From Paraphysomonas bandaiensis (taxonomy: Eukaryota > Protista > Chrysophyceae), in the NCBI GenBank assembly GCA_965644295.1, contig CBFFRP010000669.1, forward strand, positions 1 through 61,647: DNA of 61,647 nucleotides, given 5' to 3'. The translations under genes and the position numbers were made by a program. Positions 57,078 to 61,647 of this stretch are shown here, one piece after another. How positions within the stretch are numbered: the stretch's first letter is position 1; each line of letters starts with the position of its first letter. Below the pieces are notes generated by a model, which was not told where the DNA came from, did not search any database, and saw only the letters and a list, made by a program, of their open reading frames with translations.

Positions 57078-58662
57078 ATATTTTTATTCCAGCCACACGT
57101 TCCCGTACGACTACCTTGTTACGACTTCATCCCGGTTACAAATCTGATAATACTATTCTTTTTATTAATAAAAAACTTAAAAACTATTTTAAAGAAATTA
57201 TTAAATCATCTACTAAATTATTAAATATTTCAAACCAAACTTGCTCCCAGCACGTGACGGGCGGTGTGTACAAGATCTAAGCACATATTCACCGTAGCAT
57301 GCTGATATACGATTACTCGTGATTCCTCCTTCATAATGGCGAGTTGCAGCCACTATTCCGAACACAGAAAATGTTAAAGATTTACTTTAAATTACTTTAT
57401 GGTACAACTTTTTGAGTTTTCTATTGTAGCACATGTGTAGCCCAGTTTATAAGGGCCGTAAGGGCTTGACGTGATTCTCGCCTTCCTCAATTTTATTAAA
57501 AGCAGTTTTTTATGAGCAGACTTTTATTTACTTCTAAATAAGAAATATCTAACATAAAATAAGAGTTACGTTCGTTAAAGGAGTTAACCAAACACCTCAC
57601 GGCACGAACTGACGACAGCCATGCAACACCTGTATTAACACTTTTAAAAATTAACTATATTTATATTTTTTAAATATTTTGTTTTTCAACAAAAAAAATT
57701 AATATACAAAAACTGGTAAGGTTTCGCGCGTATTATCGCATTAAACCACATGCTCCACCACTTGTGTAGACCCCCGTCAATTCCTTTGGGTTCCAGTTTT
57801 GCAACCGTACTCCCCAGGCGGAGTGTTTACGCGTTAGCTGTATACAAAAATTTCCTTTTGTATTAACACTCATCTTTGACAGCATAGACTACCAGGGTAT
57901 CAAATCCTGTTTGCTCCCTATGCTTTCGTTCCTCAGTGTCAGTATAAGTCTAGATAACCGCTTTCGCCACTGGCATTCCTTTATAAATCTCAGGATTTTA
58001 CTCCTATTTATAAAATTCTATTATCCTTTACAAAACTCAAGAAGAAGTATATTATAAGAATTATTTAGTGTTACCCAAAATATTTTCCTTTAAATAACTA
58101 AATCCACCTACGAACCCTTTACGCCCAATCATTCCGGATAACGCCTACCCCCTTCGTATTACCGCGGCTGCTGGCACGAAGTTAGCCGGGGCTTTTTTAA
58201 AAAAAACGTCAAACTCATTTTTTAAATTTAAAACTTTACAACCGAGTCATAAATCACTTTAATCCTCTTTTGTGTTGGCCTCGTTTACATAACATCACTG
58301 GATCAAGCTTTCGCTCATTGTCCAAGATTCCACACTGCTGGCACGAAGCCTGGGCCTTATCTCAGTCCCAGTGTGACTGTACATTTTCTCAAACCAGTTA
58401 AACATCATAGGCTTGGGTAGCTTTTACCTAACCAACTACCTAATATTAAACTAAAACAATCTTAAATCAATGTTATATCTTTTTATTTAAATATTTTCAA
58501 TACAAAGTATTTATTAGAAAACTCTAATGTTGATTTATTTAAAATTTAAGGTAAAATTTTTAGTCTTTACTCACCTGTACGCTAAGTTATAAAAACTTTA
58601 ACTAGCATATGTTAAACCATGTTATTAGCGTTCACCCTGAGCCAGGATCAAACTCACTGCAA
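57078..58662 (-). rRNA. rns: Small subunit rRNA (ends approximate)
   Basis: GAGTTTGATCCTGGCTCAG, GTGCCAGCAGCCGCGGTAATAC, GTACACACCGCCCGTCAC and GAAGTCGTAACAAGGTAG on the minus strand. Confidence 0.97.
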
Positions 58663-58737
58663 ATATAGCCAATTATATTTGACTAAATGCTAATAAAATG
58701 GGTCCTTTTTTAAACATAACTCTTATTCTTTACTTAT

Positions 58738-59027
58738 TTGTTTAAAAGGTTTATTAGTACTTCTTAACTTCAACTTCACAGTTGTTACATTATAAGCCTA
58801 TCAACGTAAATATTCTATTACGACCTTAAAAAATTATTTTGAGGTAAACTTCTTACTTATATGCATTCAGTAATTATTTTTTATAAACGTAGCTACTCAG
58901 CATTGCTTTTGATTAAACAACTGATACACCAGAGGTTTTACGTAATTTGGTCCTCTCGTACTAAAATTTAATCCTCTCAATTTTTAACAATTACAGTAGA
59001 TAGGGACCGAACTGTCTCACGACGTTC

Positions 59028-59076
<49 letters not shown>

Positions 59077-59090
59077 AACCATTTACAGCT

Positions 59091-59125
<35 letters not shown>

Positions 59126-59338
59126 GATATCGTCGATAGGAACTCTCAAAAATCATTAGCCTGTTATCCCCGGCGTACCTTTTATTCGTTGAGTGATGAC
59201 CTTTCCACACAGAATCACCAGATCACTATGACCGACTTACATCCCTGTTTGATTTGTTAATCTTTCAGTCAAATAGATATGCCATTATGCTCCCAAATAA
59301 AATATATTCGAATCTACCTTTGTACGCCTCCGTTACTT

Positions 59339-59369
<31 letters not shown>

Positions 59370-59482
59370 TATCATAAGCTGTTTATAAAATTAAGTAAAA
59401 TCAAAATTTAAGGGTGGTATTTCACTGGACACTTACGTTCCCACCTATTCTTCACAAAAATGTTAATTTTACAACTTATAAC

Positions 59483-59515
<33 letters not shown>

Positions 59516-59591
59516 CTGTAATTAACCCGCATCTTCACGGGTATTTCAAATTCACCAAGCATATGTTGGAGACAGCGGAGAAGTCGTTACA

Positions 59592-59638
<47 letters not shown>

Positions 59639-61330
59639 TGGACCGTCAGAGTTACAGCCGCCGTTTACTGGGGATTAGTTTGATTGCCTTAGCAAACGCA
59701 CATCACCTTGCAGCACCGGGCAGGTGTCAGCCTCTATACATCTTTTTTCAAATTTGCAGAGACATGTGTTTTTATTAAACAGTCGCTTCCCCTTCTTTAA
59801 TGACAATAAACAAAAATTATTGTTTATTACTCCTTTTTCCGAAGTTACAGAGCTAATTTGCCGAGTTCCTTCAACATACTTATCTTGAACGCCTTAGTAT
59901 ATTCTACCAATCTACCTGTGTCGGTTTAGGGTACGGTATTTCATGTTCAGCTGTTTCCAGAAAATTTTTTAACATCAAAGAAATCACTATTATTTAATGT
60001 ATTTAAAATTTTGTAACTATAAAACTAAACTTCCCATTAGCTTATACTTTTGTAATTTGCCTTAGGGACCGCATATTTTTAAATTAAAATTACGATTTTT
60101 TTAAAAATTGAATCGAAAACCTTAGATTTACGGCGATAACGTTATTTCGTTATTTTTAGCTACTAATGCCAGTATCCTCACTTTTATTATTTAAAGTTAT
60201 TTTAACAAATAACCTTTATCAATATATAAAACGTTCTGCTAACTATAATACTAAGTCGGCTATTAATTTAGACTCACTAAATTTTTGATACAAAATAACT
60301 AAATCAATGAGCTGTTACGCTTTCTCAAAAAAATGACTGCTTCTAAGCCTACTTTATGATCGTCTCTGTTATTTGCAATCTTAACACTTAACTAATATTA
60401 AAGGCCTTATTAAATATACTGGGCTGTTTCCCAATGGACTATCGACCTTTGCACCGATAGTCTGACTCCACAAAAAGTATCAAAAATTTATTCGAAGTTT
60501 TTCAAAGTTTAGTAAGGTCTACGACCCCCTTTACTTTAAAAGTGCTCTACCCAAATTTTGATTTATTGCAGGCTATACTAAAATATATTTCGCAGAAAAC
60601 CAGCTATCCCTAAGTTTGATTAGCCTTTCACCCCTAACCACAAGTCATCCCAATTTTTTTCCACAAATACGGGTTCGGTCCTCCAAATTACGTTGCCATA
60701 AAAATATCAACCTGCTCATGGTTAGATCACTTAGCTTCGGGTTTTATAAAAAAGACTATAGCTACTATTTCAAACAATCTTGACTTATCTTTGTCTACAC
60801 GAAGTTTAAACTTGCCTTCCTTATAAACTCACTGGCCCATTATGCAAAAGGTACGCTATAACTAATTAATTAGCTCTAACAGCTTTAATGCACTAAATTT
60901 TAGGTTCTTTTCACTCTAAAAAAGTCCTTTTTCACCTTTCCCTTACGGTACTTGTTCACTATCGATCATTAAAAACTTTAGGCACGAAGGTAGATCTCCT
61001 AAATTAACAACAAATTTAACATAATCCGTCATTTATTAAAAAACAAATAAAAAGTACTACAGGACTAAAACCTTCTTTGGAATTCATACATTTTACTTGC
61101 TTTTTTGCCTTACAATATATTCGCTCACCACTACTAACATTTTCTCGTTTGATTTATATTACAGGTTACTAGAATGTTTTACTTCACCTAATTAACTCTT
61201 CCAAAGATAAATTTTTTAATAAGTTATTAGGTTTCACTTTAATAAAATCTTACCTACTTAATGCAGTACACAACTTAAGTATTTTTAATGCCAAGGCAGC
61301 CTTTTAGTGCACTCACTAAATACACTAATA
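58738..61330 (-). rRNA. rnl: Large subunit rRNA (ends approximate)
   Basis: GCCTTGGCA near the 5' end, CGAAATTCCTTGTCGGGTAAGTTCCGACC, GGCACCTCGATGTCGGCTC and the sarcin-ricin loop AGTACGAGAGGACC. Confidence 0.97.
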
Positions 61331-61647
61331 TGAGTCCCTTCTTAAAAAGTATTTAATATTAATAAATTATAACAATGAAGATCAAATTTGATTTTCTGTT
61401 TTAACTTTTTAAACAACTAAATTCTTTTTAACAAAATACTCAATTGCTAACCAAGCGAATTACTCCTTATCCCAAACTATCCAAACTATTATAGAATAAA
61501 ATAATATTTAAATAATTTAAATAAAGCAACTCTTTTATAAATACCCCACCCTTACTTTACTGCTTAATTATACACATATATACAGACACATAGCGTAGCT
61601 TTTTTCTATAAAACAAAATAAAAATTCGAAATTATCCAATATTGCTA

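Overview
This is a very AT-rich protist mitochondrial genome, probably most or all of a circular-mapping molecule. The gene set (nad7, nad9, unsplit nad11, many rps/rpl genes; no atp1, sdh or trnT seen) and the standard genetic code (only trnW-CCA, TGA used as stop) suggest a stramenopile, likely an ochrophyte; this is inference. Positions 1 to ~22.3 kb are non-coding and built from nested repeats: a ~590-745 bp tandem array, an inverted 81-bp array, a single GC-rich hairpin island, an 8-bp microsatellite, a GC-hairpin repeat family and an ~11 kb satellite of 237/309-bp units. Positions 22.4-61.3 kb are gene-dense and mostly on the minus strand: respiratory and ribosomal protein genes, rns, rnl, 22 tRNA genes and a group II intron in cob with a degenerate maturase. 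The most interesting observations are the GC-rich structured island (candidate origin or control element), a dispersed hairpin family with compensatory changes that also forms inverted repeats around a 20-kb gene block, a trnQ-derived tRNA-like gene with an AAU anticodon, a cox3 without an in-frame ATG, extra domains in Cox1 and Cox2, and no trnG or trnR(NCG) found. All calls were made by eye without database searches, so repeat and rRNA boundaries are approximate.
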